A stretch of DNA of 64,000 nucleotides from Candidatus Kapaibacterium sp. (GTDB taxonomy: Bacteria; Bacteroidota; Ignavibacteria; Kapaibacteriales; HRBIN21), in assembly GCA_025059875.1 (NCBI GenBank), contig JANXCT010000003.1, positions 4,176 to 68,175 on the forward strand, written 5' to 3'. The notes beneath the pieces are model-generated. The model ran no database searches, had not been told where the DNA came from, and saw only the letters and a list, made by a program, of their open reading frames with translations. Below, piece by piece: positions 39,904 through 50,601 of this stretch. The first letter of the stretch is position 1. Every line of letters begins with the position of its first letter. A program made the position numbers and the translations under genes.

Positions 39904-40536
39904 ATGGGCCTCTCCTTTGCTGGTTTTCCGTTTGGCGGGGTCATTCTGGCGGCAGCCTGGTGGTTCGTGCTCTTCTCGCCGTGGACGGCGCCACAGAACT
40001 CCTTCTGGCTGGGGATGGCGATGGCTACAGGGACACTGCTCGGCTACAGCGCCTGGGTCCTCCGCCGAGAGTGGCAGCCCCTCTTCCGAGTAGAGGCCCG
40101 ATGGATTGCTCTAGGGATCGGATCAGCCTTCGCACTCTACGGTCTCTTCTGGGTCGGCCACGCACTGATGGTCGCCCTCTTCCCTGGAGCGAGCGCCCTC
40201 GTCAACGCTGTCTACGCCCGGCGCGCTGAAGCCCCTGCCTGGCTCATTGCTCTCCTACTGGCGGTGTGGATCGGTCCGGCGGAAGAGGTCTTCTGGCGGG
40301 GCGTCCTCCAACGCTACCTACAGACGCGGCTTCGGCCCATCTGGGGACTACTAGTCGCCACAGTGCTCTACACATTGGTACACATCTGGGCCGGCAACCC
40401 GCCGTTACTACTCGCTGCCTTCGTCGCCGGGATGGCCTGGGGTGCGCTCTTCCTCTGGACGGGCTCCCTCATCCCAGGCATCATCTCCCATGCCCTCTGG
40501 GACGTGCTGATGTTTGTCCTACTGCCACTCCAGTGA
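39904..40536 (+). CDS. CPBP (CAAX/Abi) family intramembrane metalloprotease
   Basis: GPAEEVFWRG (EExxxR), YTLVH, ISHALWD motifs with multiple TM helices. Confidence 0.88.
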   Translation: MGLSFAGFPFGGVILAAAWWFVLFSPWTAPQNSFWLGMAMATGTLLGYSAWVLRREWQPLFRVEARWIALGIGSAFALYGLFWVGHALMVALFPGASALVNAVYARRAEAPAWLIALLLAVWIGPAEEVFWRGVLQRYLQTRLRPIWGLLVATVLYTLVHIWAGNPPLLLAAFVAGMAWGALFLWTGSLIPGIISHALWDVLMFVLLPLQ

Positions 40537-40538
40537 GA

Positions 40539-41570
40539 ATGCGTGCTGTCGTGCTCCAAGCCCATGGCGAGCCGCACGAGGCCCTCACCTACCGAGTAGA
40601 CCTCCCTGAGCCAACGCCAGCCCCTGGCGAAGTAGTCCTACGGGTTCGGGCAACCTCGCTGAACCGAGTAGATACTGTCATCCGCCGCGGCTATCCTGGA
40701 TTGACACTACAGTTTCCACATATCCTCGGTGGCGATATCGTTGGCGACGTCGTTGCCTGTGGCGAGGGTGTGCAGTTGCTGCGGGAAGGGACGAGGGTGC
40801 TCGTCTACCCAATCGTGTGGTGTGGCACCTGTTCCCTGTGCCGCAAGGGACTGGAACATCTCTGCCTCCGGTGGCAGTACTTCGGCATGCACCGGGCTGG
40901 TGGCTATGCCGAATACGTTGCTGTCCCAGAGCGTTGCTGCATCCCTCTCCCCGAACACCTGTCGGATGTAGAAGCGGCATGCCTCGGCGTCGCTGGTCTC
41001 ACCGCTTACCATGCCATAGAGGCGGCTGGCGTCAGCGAAGGCAGCATACTGCTCGTCTGGGGAGCAACCGGAGGTATGGGCACCTTCTTACTCCAATTGG
41101 CCCGACACCGAGGTGCTTACGTCATCGCCACCACTCGCAGGATGGAGCAGGCCGAACTCTTACACTCCTGGGGGGCCGACTGGGTCCTGCCAACCCTTCC
41201 GCCAGAGGCTGTCCTGCAGGCCGTCCAGGAGCGCTTTCCTGAGGGCATTGACGCAGTCATAGACTACGTCGGCCCGGCCACCTTCCCTATCAGCTTCGCA
41301 CTCCTACGCAAGGGTGGTCGCCTCATCTTCTGTGGGATCCTCACCGGTCGGGAGACCACACTGAGCATCCACCAGACCTACTTACGACACGTCAGCCTAC
41401 ACGGCATCTACCTGGGGACCCGTGCTGAGTTGCAGGCGCTCATCGGGCTGGTGACCGACGGTATAGTGCGTCCCTACGTTGCAGGCGTCCACCCACTTTC
41501 GGAAGCACCACTGCTGCATCAGCGGATGGAAGCGGGGGCAATTGTAGGCAAGACAGTGATGGTGCCGTGA
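40539..41570 (+). CDS. MDR-family zinc-binding dehydrogenase / quinone oxidoreductase-like protein
   Basis: GroES-like domain, structural Zn motif CGTCSLC...C, GATGGMG Rossmann motif. Catalytic Zn ligands replaced (LNRVD; GGD instead of GHE). Confidence 0.88.
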   Translation: MRAVVLQAHGEPHEALTYRVDLPEPTPAPGEVVLRVRATSLNRVDTVIRRGYPGLTLQFPHILGGDIVGDVVACGEGVQLLREGTRVLVYPIVWCGTCSLCRKGLEHLCLRWQYFGMHRAGGYAEYVAVPERCCIPLPEHLSDVEAACLGVAGLTAYHAIEAAGVSEGSILLVWGATGGMGTFLLQLARHRGAYVIATTRRMEQAELLHSWGADWVLPTLPPEAVLQAVQERFPEGIDAVIDYVGPATFPISFALLRKGGRLIFCGILTGRETTLSIHQTYLRHVSLHGIYLGTRAELQALIGLVTDGIVRPYVAGVHPLSEAPLLHQRMEAGAIVGKTVMVP

Positions 41571-41703
41571 GGCGGTTTCCATCCCCGTCCCTGCGGCTCC
41601 GTACAAGGCTGTACCGCGCCACCACTGAGTCCGCCGTTCGTTGGTCTGAAACGGCCGTTCATTGCGCGAAAACCACCGTTTGTAAAATTTCGCTCCTACC
41701 CCC

Positions 41704-41734
41704 TTGACATGTTGGGACAGATACCATAACTTTG
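41704..41734 (+). promoter_or_regulatory. Promoter: TTG(ACA) at 41704 and TAACTTTG at 41727-41734
   Basis: TTG-N20-TAnnTTTG matches the Bacteroidota -33/-7 architecture. Confidence 0.65.
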
Positions 41735-41739
41735 TACTC

Positions 41740-42059
41740 AGCCAACAATCCTGTCGCTCGCCTCGGGAGCAAAAGGGCAGGGTTGTTGGCTAAGGTAGCG
41801 CTATCCTCTACAGGTATAGAAGGAGCCTCTACTGGCACTGCTCCGAGCAATACAGGAAGAGCGATCCCGAAAAGGCGAGAGCACGGGGGAGCTCCTACAA
41901 CGGTCCCGACCTAAGAAGACTATCCAACGGATGATAGCCGTACCGGACCCTCTTCTCTTCCGGGGTCAACCGCCCATGGGCTCACCCCCTGATCGTCTCG
42001 ACCACAGACTGAGGCAGACGCTTCCTTGAAGTATGTTCCACAAATGTTGGAGGTCACTA
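41740..42059 (+). ncRNA. Candidate structured 5' leader RNA of unknown family
   Basis: 16-bp stem 41740-41755 / 41776-41791 with three G-U pairs, starting at the predicted TSS, followed by further hairpins. No credible ORF. Confidence 0.35.
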
Positions 42060-44408
42060 ATGACGAAGGGACATCGTTGGACCCACGGGCAGCATCGTTC
42101 CGACCCGCTTCACGACTCGAAGTGCCTGCTCCGGAGACAGCCAGTACGCTCACTCCGGGCCCTGGTGTGGGGAGCCGTGCTCACTCTCCTGCCATCCCTG
42201 CTGCCGGTCACGACCATTGCTCAGCAGGACTGCCTGACCTTTGACGCCACCGGCGTGAATCACTGTGCACAATGGTTCATGTCGGTCTCGCGCTGCAACT
42301 GGATCGCGACCCCACCTGCGGGGCATCCATCGCCAGCAATGCAGTTCATAGATAGTGCAGGAGGCCCCTCTATAGCAACAAATGCAACACCGTTCTTTGC
42401 CGGGAACTGGCTGCAGAAGGCCCAACAGGGCTGCCTCTGCTTTGACTGGATGATAGACCTCCAGTACCCTTCCTCGCCCCCGCCCACATTCAAAAACCCC
42501 GGCATCGGCATATGGACGGGGACGGCGCCTCCCCCTGTCGCCAACGTAACGAACGCTCTGCGGGCCGAACTCATTGCTCTTCCAGGTGCGCCGGACATGC
42601 AAGAAGACCAATGGTATCGTATCTGCCTTCCCATTGGTCCTTGTGTCGGCGGGAAACTGCCCACAGATGGGAGGTTCACTTGGCTCCTCTCCAACCTACC
42701 ACCCGGCATGGACACCTGCACGGCCTGGAACATGCTCATTGCGAACGTTACTGGTATCTATCTGGGAATTGACTACCACAACTCGCCTTCCGAGCAGGTG
42801 TACTTCGATAACTTCTGTTTTCGCTGTGCGCAGGACCCAGGGGTCTCTGGACTCTGCCGCGAGCTGTGGTCACGGGTGCAGCAGCGCCTTGACTCCGCCT
42901 GCTGCACGATCCAATGGCAGGTTCCGAGCCTCGGGGGAGCCTTTGCCGTAGCGTCTCTGCAGTACTTTGTCTCTGGCGGCCTTGTGGACACTTTCTACGC
43001 CACGGGCTGTCCCTACACAACGAGTCCGCCCGATCTCCACAACACAGTCAGCGGAACTCTTACCTTCAGCCCACCGTGTACCAATCCCTTAACGCTCTTC
43101 AGCGAGATTACGCCAACGACTGCCAGCGGGGAAGTGACTGTCCAGATCTGCGCTCGTCTCATTGGTACTGGCCAGATTGTTGAGTGCTGTGACACCGTCA
43201 TTATCCGATGCCCTCGTGCCCCCATTACGCGCTGCGACAGCCTTGCCGTAGAGCCTTTCATTTGGCCCGGGCTCAACCTTTCAGGGCGGACCTTTACCAT
43301 CTACAACCTGAAACAGCCAGCCTCGCCCATCAGGGAGGTTCGCATCCAGCTCGTGCCCGACCCCAACCCGGGGAATCCAACGTTCAAGTGGAACGGCGGT
43401 GGCCTCTTGGTCGACGGAGGCCCCCGTCCGTGGGGCGTGGCGAACAGCGGTATACCGTACTACAGCCAAATCAGCATGTGGTGCCCTCCACGAGGCCAAG
43501 CCCCACAGGGTCCGGCGGCAAGCAATACAGTCCGGTTCAACTTAGGCGTGGACTACACGCTAAACTGGAGGGGGAGCGCCCAGCTGACAGTCATCCACTG
43601 CGACGGGGATACTTGCCGACTAGCGTACGACAACTGGTGTGCGAAGCCCAATCGTAGAGATTGTCTACCCATCGTGCTGCCCCCAGTGAAAGGGATCGAA
43701 CTACTAGTTCGTCCAACCGTTAGGTCGGCATACCTGCTCGAAGCACAGATTGATACCTCCTTGGTACCGGGCACAGGTGATCTCCACGCCTGTCATGCTT
43801 CCATCGTCCCGATAGCGAGGAATTGGCGAGTCATTGGGGCCAGCGTTGACGACCAGCTCACCCGCGATGAGCGCGAGTCAGGACGGTACCACCAGTGGTC
43901 TGGCGACACCAGAGTCTCCGACGGATGGGCTATCGTGAGCCTCACCCCATGCAAAAGGCCGACGAACCCCATAAAGAATCCTTGGCGACTACTGGCAACC
44001 ATAGCTTCGAACGAGCCGACGACTGACACCCCTCGGGTCGCCATCACTTTCTACGACCAGGATGGCAATCCACTTACCAGCGATACCGTACGCGCAACGA
44101 CACGGCTGACGCCGGTATCGGTAGAGACCACCCAGCCCGGCGGCGACCAGAGCGGCATCCTGCGAATTATTCCGAATCCAGCCGCAGACGAGGTGCGTGT
44201 CGAGTACCGCCTTGCCCAACCTAGCGATGTCGTCGTTGAGCTCTGCGACGTGCTGGGTCGGTGCCGCATGGCAGCGCAGTTGGGCTGGATGCCGGCAGGG
44301 ATCAATACATTCGGGATGAGCACGGCGGAACTGCCGGTGGGCAGCTACATGCTGCGCCTGCGCACGGCTGACGGGGTGCTGACGGCATCGCTGCAGGTGG
44401 TGCGGTAA
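42060..44408 (+). CDS. Cys-rich secreted protein with a laminin-B-like N-terminal domain and T9SS C-terminal domain
   Basis: GGAGG SD before ATG 42060 and a signal-like hydrophobic segment. GNWL...LCFDW...IANVTGIYLGIDY...YFDNF resembles laminin B. Ends IIPNPA...DVLGR...LPVGSYMLRL...LQVVR. Confidence 0.7.
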   Translation: MTKGHRWTHGQHRSDPLHDSKCLLRRQPVRSLRALVWGAVLTLLPSLLPVTTIAQQDCLTFDATGVNHCAQWFMSVSRCNWIATPPAGHPSPAMQFIDSAGGPSIATNATPFFAGNWLQKAQQGCLCFDWMIDLQYPSSPPPTFKNPGIGIWTGTAPPPVANVTNALRAELIALPGAPDMQEDQWYRICLPIGPCVGGKLPTDGRFTWLLSNLPPGMDTCTAWNMLIANVTGIYLGIDYHNSPSEQVYFDNFCFRCAQDPGVSGLCRELWSRVQQRLDSACCTIQWQVPSLGGAFAVASLQYFVSGGLVDTFYATGCPYTTSPPDLHNTVSGTLTFSPPCTNPLTLFSEITPTTASGEVTVQICARLIGTGQIVECCDTVIIRCPRAPITRCDSLAVEPFIWPGLNLSGRTFTIYNLKQPASPIREVRIQLVPDPNPGNPTFKWNGGGLLVDGGPRPWGVANSGIPYYSQISMWCPPRGQAPQGPAASNTVRFNLGVDYTLNWRGSAQLTVIHCDGDTCRLAYDNWCAKPNRRDCLPIVLPPVKGIELLVRPTVRSAYLLEAQIDTSLVPGTGDLHACHASIVPIARNWRVIGASVDDQLTRDERESGRYHQWSGDTRVSDGWAIVSLTPCKRPTNPIKNPWRLLATIASNEPTTDTPRVAITFYDQDGNPLTSDTVRATTRLTPVSVETTQPGGDQSGILRIIPNPAADEVRVEYRLAQPSDVVVELCDVLGRCRMAAQLGWMPAGINTFGMSTAELPVGSYMLRLRTADGVLTASLQVVR

Positions 44409-44433
44409 CCTTCAGCATCGGCGGAATTGCTAC

Positions 44434-44470
44434 AGCGGCTCCCTCGCCCGAGGGAGCCGCTCCGTTTTTT
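44434..44470 (+). terminator. Rho-independent terminator
   Basis: AGCGGCTCCCTC-GCCC-GAGGGAGCCGCT followed by CCGTTTTTT, 25 nt after the stop at 44408. Confidence 0.85.
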
Positions 44471-44629
44471 CAAAACTGCCAAGGCCCCTAAGAGCAAGGC
44501 TTCCGCAGCGCATCCCAGAGCTAGGCCAGAAGGCGGCTATAACCACGGCATACCGGCAGCTTGCGATGGTCCTATTAGAATCACACAACCGGGTCTTACT
44601 TTTGGAAAGGCAAATTCCACTGCCAGTGG

Positions 44630-46567
44630 ATGGCAACACTGCCGACAATGGCACAGATTCCGGCGCTCAGGTTAGGCATCTTGAGCCTGGTTAGCGCCGC
44701 TTGTGCATTCGCACTGCCAGTGCAATGGAGCTCCGGCCTCGTGGCCCTTACCCTCTGTGGAACGCTGCTCATCGCTATCTTCTTCCTGTGGTGGCGACAG
44801 ATTGTGCTGTGCTATGCAATCGCCGCGATTGGCATTGGGGTCTTCCTGGCGTCGGCATGGCGCTGGGCGTTGCCTCCTATGACGGATGCTGTCGTACAGC
44901 CATTCCCCGCGTACATAGAGGGTAGGATTGTCGACATCCTACGGGTCCAGCCTCCGCGGCTGCGCTGCATTGTGGAAGGGCAGGTGGATGCCCAGCCCCT
45001 ACCGCCGATGCAGGCCCGAGTCCTCCTCTCTATCGCGGAGATAAGAGGCACGGAACCCTGGACACAACCTGGCCGGACGATCCGAGCAACCATCCGCCTA
45101 CGCCCTCCACGACCCGCCATACTACCGACTGACTTCCCCGAGTGGGACTACTGTGCGCACCTTGACGTCCAATGGGTGGGCTTCGCACATGCGTCGGATG
45201 TCAGCCTCTGGGAGGAGCAACCTCGCTCTCGCACAGACCTTCTGGAATTCCTGGCACACCAACGACAGCGCCTCCGCCAGTGGATTGCAGACCTCTATCC
45301 CTCAGATGTCCGCCCGCTGGCGCTAGCATTGCTGGTCGGAGACCGCTCGGAGCTTGCCCCTCAGCAACGCCGCGAGTTTGCCCTTACGGGAGCTGCCCAT
45401 GTACTCGCCATCAGCGGACTCCACGCTGGAGTTGTGGCCGGGATAGTTTTCATTGTGCTTGGCTTCCTCCCTTACCACTGGCTGCGATGGCTCTGCGCAA
45501 GCCTCTTGCTTGTGCTCTTCGTTGGCCTCACTGGAGCCCAACCCTCAGCACTCCGAGCTGCTGGAATGGCAATCCTCGGAAGTGCTCTGTACTTGCTCCA
45601 GCGGCAGCCACACCCAGTCAACGTCGTCGCTGCTGTGGCTTTTGGGTTACTGCTCCTCCAGCCCGAACTGTTCTTCTCTCGCTCTTTCCAACTCTCGGTC
45701 TTGGCTACCCTTGGAATTGTCGGACTCTTCGGGCCATTTGCTCGGTGGCTCCAGCAACTTGGGCCTGCCCTGCCCCAATTCTTACGAGACATGGTAGCAC
45801 TGACACTAGCAGCAACGTGCGGGAGTGCCTCAGTTGCTGCGATGGCCTTCGGAATCTTCTCCCTGCTCTCGGTCCCGATCAACGTAGCTGCTGTGCCAAT
45901 GAGCGGGGCGGCGCTGGTAGCTGGACTCCTGGGGATGCTCTCCTACGGCATAGCACCGCCCATTGGCGAACTCTACACAAGCGCCGCCATCGCATGCTTG
46001 CGCGGGCTGGCATGGCTAACCCACCACGCTGCCCAGCTCCCGTTTGCTGCCCTAGAAGGACACAGTGCAGCCATTGCAGCTGTCGGAGTCAGCGGTGGCC
46101 TTCTATGGCTCTTGAAGGCTCAGCGCTGGATGCATGTCCTCCCGCGGCTCTGCGTCGTTGTCGCTGGGATCGCCTTGGGGAGTTATTGGCTCCGACCGAG
46201 CATACAGCCACGGCTTGTTCCTCGCGAGCGGCTTGTTGCAGCATTCCTGCCGACAGCACCGGACACAACCGTGGTTGTACTCATCGACCGACTCCCGCGG
46301 CACAAACCAAGGCGAGATCCAGCCCTAGAAGACTACCTCCGTGCCCTTCCGGGGCATCTCTCCATCGCCTATACTGGCTACACGGGCGAACTCCTTGCTC
46401 TTCAGTGTTTCCGCTCTCGCGCCAACGTCTCCGTGCTCCCGGCCCCTCCGGTCCTGGTGGACTACATCCACCAGCTCTTCCACTCGCCGCAGCCGCTGCA
46501 CCAACTCTACCGGCCTCTCTTGCTTCCCGCTGATCTGGATAGAATAGCTTCAGAGCAGCTCGAATGA
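44630..46567 (+). CDS. comEC: ComEC/Rec2 competence membrane protein
   Basis: TGAAHVLAISGLH, PSALRA, SFQLS motifs and an N-terminal DUF4131-like region. TACTTTTG element at 44597-44604. Confidence 0.88.
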   Translation: MATLPTMAQIPALRLGILSLVSAACAFALPVQWSSGLVALTLCGTLLIAIFFLWWRQIVLCYAIAAIGIGVFLASAWRWALPPMTDAVVQPFPAYIEGRIVDILRVQPPRLRCIVEGQVDAQPLPPMQARVLLSIAEIRGTEPWTQPGRTIRATIRLRPPRPAILPTDFPEWDYCAHLDVQWVGFAHASDVSLWEEQPRSRTDLLEFLAHQRQRLRQWIADLYPSDVRPLALALLVGDRSELAPQQRREFALTGAAHVLAISGLHAGVVAGIVFIVLGFLPYHWLRWLCASLLLVLFVGLTGAQPSALRAAGMAILGSALYLLQRQPHPVNVVAAVAFGLLLLQPELFFSRSFQLSVLATLGIVGLFGPFARWLQQLGPALPQFLRDMVALTLAATCGSASVAAMAFGIFSLLSVPINVAAVPMSGAALVAGLLGMLSYGIAPPIGELYTSAAIACLRGLAWLTHHAAQLPFAALEGHSAAIAAVGVSGGLLWLLKAQRWMHVLPRLCVVVAGIALGSYWLRPSIQPRLVPRERLVAAFLPTAPDTTVVVLIDRLPRHKPRRDPALEDYLRALPGHLSIAYTGYTGELLALQCFRSRANVSVLPAPPVLVDYIHQLFHSPQPLHQLYRPLLLPADLDRIASEQLE

Positions 46568-47224
46568 CGGGGCCTTTGGCAACCGATCCCGACAGAACAG
46601 TAGAAGCTGCCCACTGTGGATCTCCACGTGCACAGGGGCTCGCCGGACGACGTTTCGTGCGCTCTCCCGCACTCCCCACCGCAGCAGCTCGCCACGTAGC
46701 TCCCAGATGAATCCTGTTGTTGTAACACTTGCCTCTGGCTGCGGGACCAACGAGACGGTCTCCCCGACCTCCAACCCCACGACCGCAGACGTGGTTAGTG
46801 GTATCCCGTAGCGATGGCTGTCGTAGAAGCACAGTTCTAGAGTTGTTGCATAGCGCACGGCAACGCTCCAGTTGATGAGCGTATGGTCGGGTTCCTCTCC
46901 CTGGAAGCCGACGACTAAAAGACGCTTCCAGCCCCGCTGCTGCGCAAAGCAGAGCACTTTCTCGAAATCATTCGTGTCCTGGTCCACAATCTGCACCAGT
47001 GGAATGTCGTTGAACAGTTCCCGCTCAGGGGACACGAGCAGCGTATCCAGGTCCCCGACGATATACGACGGCAGAAGCCGGTAGTGGCGGTAGAGCTTAA
47101 CAGCCGCTCCGTCAGCGGCGATGAGTGGAGCGTAAGAGCACCGTTTGAACACGCCCTGTTCTGGTATCGTTCCGTCAAGGCAGACAATAGCATCGAAGTT
47201 GCTGGAGAAGGTCACCCGCAGCAT
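46550..47224 (-). CDS. Thiamine pyrophosphokinase
   Basis: IAADGAA, VGDLDT, DQDTNDFEK, DHTLIN, VTTTGFIWEL. Confidence 0.85.
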   Translation of the reverse strand: MLRVTFSSNFDAIVCLDGTIPEQGVFKRCSYAPLIAADGAAVKLYRHYRLLPSYIVGDLDTLLVSPERELFNDIPLVQIVDQDTNDFEKVLCFAQQRGWKRLLVVGFQGEEPDHTLINWSVAVRYATTLELCFYDSHRYGIPLTTSAVVGLEVGETVSLVPQPEASVTTTGFIWELRGELLRWGVRESARNVVRRAPVHVEIHSGQLLLFCRDRLPKAPSFELL

Positions 47225-48027
47225 GTGCGCTCCCACCGGTCGAAGATAGCAAGGAGGCGCTCCACGCCGTCCGTTAAGGCCGCCGGACCAGGCTGCAGGA
47301 TGATGGATGAGGGGATCTCGTAGAGCTGGTTCGTGCGCACGGCGGGAATAGCATCCCACCCTGGCCGCTGTCGCAGACGCTCAGGCTTGAACATCTTCCC
47401 ACACCACGACGCGATGATGATCTCAGGACTGCGGCGCACGACCTCATCCGGATCCGCGATAATGCGCCGCTTCGCATCAGGATAGCGGCTCAACTCCTCA
47501 AAGACATCCTCACCACCGCATATCGTAATGAGCTCGCTCACCCAGCGAATCCCGCTAATGAGGGGATCGTACCACTCCTCAAAGTACACCCGAGGACGAC
47601 GTTGCCGCTGAGCCCCACGTTCAGCAGCACGCTGAAGACCAGCCATGAGCTGCTCGACATACCTCTCAGCCTCCGCACTCTTCCCAATCAACGCTCCCAG
47701 GCGCAGAATCATTGAGAGGATCCCTTCGACAGAGCGATGGTTGAAACAGATGACCTCTACCCCCTGCCGGATGAGCTCGGCACATATAGATGCTTGCAGG
47801 TCCGACCACGCTAAGACTACATCGGGCTCCAAAGCCAGGATGGCGTCAATCTTCGCATCCAGGAACGTGGAGACCTTTGGCTTCTGGCGAGCTTCACGCG
47901 GCCGTGTGACGAACCCCGAAACTCCTACGATGAGATCGCCAGCACCCAAGGCATAGAGGGTCTCTGTCGTCTCCTCGGTGAGACACACGATCCGTTGTGG
48001 TAGCCGCGGCTGGAGATGGAGCCCCAT
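47212..48027 (-). CDS. Helical-backbone metal/cobalamin-binding protein (BtuF-like)
   Basis: PQRIVCLTEETTETLYALG, RPRVYFEEW, IIIASWCGK, ILQPGP. No signal peptide visible. Confidence 0.8.
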   Translation of the reverse strand: MGLHLQPRLPQRIVCLTEETTETLYALGAGDLIVGVSGFVTRPREARQKPKVSTFLDAKIDAILALEPDVVLAWSDLQASICAELIRQGVEVICFNHRSVEGILSMILRLGALIGKSAEAERYVEQLMAGLQRAAERGAQRQRRPRVYFEEWYDPLISGIRWVSELITICGGEDVFEELSRYPDAKRRIIADPDEVVRRSPEIIIASWCGKMFKPERLRQRPGWDAIPAVRTNQLYEIPSSIILQPGPAALTDGVERLLAIFDRWERTCCG

Positions 48028-48348
48028 CAGGATTTCTACGAACGCGTCTACGCCCTCGTCCAGCAGATCCCGCGCGGCAAAGTTACAACGTATGGGCATA
48101 TCGCCCGAGCCCTAGGAATCCGCGCTGGAGCACGATTGGTGGGCTGGGCACTCTATGCAGCCCGAGGCTCACCTGAAATCCCTTGCCATCGCGTTGTGAA
48201 TCGCCGAGGAGAGCTCTCCGGCAAGATGCATTTCGCTACCCCAACGCTCATGCGCGAGCTCCTCGAGAGCGAGGGCGTGCAGGTTGTCGGTGACCGTGTG
48301 GACCTCCGAAAGTACCTCTGGCTTCCACCATGCGCAGAGCAACTGTAA
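48016..48348 (+). CDS. MGMT-family / alkyltransferase-like DNA-binding protein
   Basis: IPRGKVTTYGHIA, ARLVGWAL, IPCHRVVN, LLESEGV. Confidence 0.88.
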   Translation: MEPHQDFYERVYALVQQIPRGKVTTYGHIARALGIRAGARLVGWALYAARGSPEIPCHRVVNRRGELSGKMHFATPTLMRELLESEGVQVVGDRVDLRKYLWLPPCAEQL

Positions 48349-48393
48349 AAAGTTACCCCTGTGCCCACGGGCGGGGCGTGGGACACAGGGGTA
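48344..48393 (-). terminator. Rho-independent terminator of groESL
   Basis: TACCCCTGTG-CCCACG...CGTGGG-A-CACAGGGGTA stem with a U-run on the minus strand (plus-strand AAAAA at 48347-48351). Confidence 0.75.
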
Positions 48394-48451
48394 TTAGGGG
48401 GGACGGTATGTGTGTGGAGGGAACTTGGGACAAGTTCCATAGCTATAGACG

Positions 48452-50104
<1,653 letters not shown>

Positions 50105-50404
50105 CTACTTTGCCTCTGCATTAATGATGGCGTAGATGTCGCTTTCGCGCATAATAAGGTATTCCTCGCCGTCAATGGTGACCTCGGTGCCAGCGTACTT
50201 ACCGAACAGCACTCGGTCACCAACTTTGACCTGCAGCGGTATGAGTTTTCCGTCTTCCGTTAGCTTTCCTTTCCCAACAGCAACAACTTCGCCCTGCTGC
50301 GGCTTCTCTTTTGCAGTGTCCGGGATGATGATACCACCCTTCGTTACTTCCTCCGGTGGGGCTGGCTTGACAACCACTCGGTCATACAAAGGGGTGAGCT
50401 TCAT
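50105..50404 (-). CDS. groS: Co-chaperonin GroES
   Basis: [33 protein letters not shown]. Confidence 0.98.
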   Translation of the reverse strand: MKLTPLYDRVVVKPAPPEEVTKGGIIIPDTAKEKPQQGEVVAVGKGKLTEDGKLIPLQVKVGDRVLFGKYAGTEVTIDGEEYLIMRESDIYAIINAEAK

Positions 50405-50472
50405 CGGCATCCTCTCTGCTTGTTGTACATCAACCACAAAGCTTATAACGATTACGGGGCTGGGGGGTATTG

Positions 50473-50499
50473 TTAGCACTCCCCTACGAGGAGTGCTAA
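50473..50499. promoter_or_regulatory. CIRCE element (HrcA operator)
   Basis: Perfect TTAGCACTC-N9-GAGTGCTAA upstream of groES, just downstream of a TAATTTTG element (minus, 50510-50517). Confidence 0.97.
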
Positions 50500-50601
50500 T
50501 CGCCGGCCGCAAAATTACGAAGTAGAGCCAGATTCACGGAGCACAAGTTCGGCAACTACCTGAACTCTTTGCTGGAATCCTGCCCTCTATCTGACTCCGA
50601 A

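Noticed and set aside
41860..41950. Partial likeness to c-di-AMP (ydaO) or c-di-GMP-I riboswitch fragments
   Set aside because: Only short pieces match and the remaining conserved elements are not in the right order. Kept only as an unassigned structured leader.
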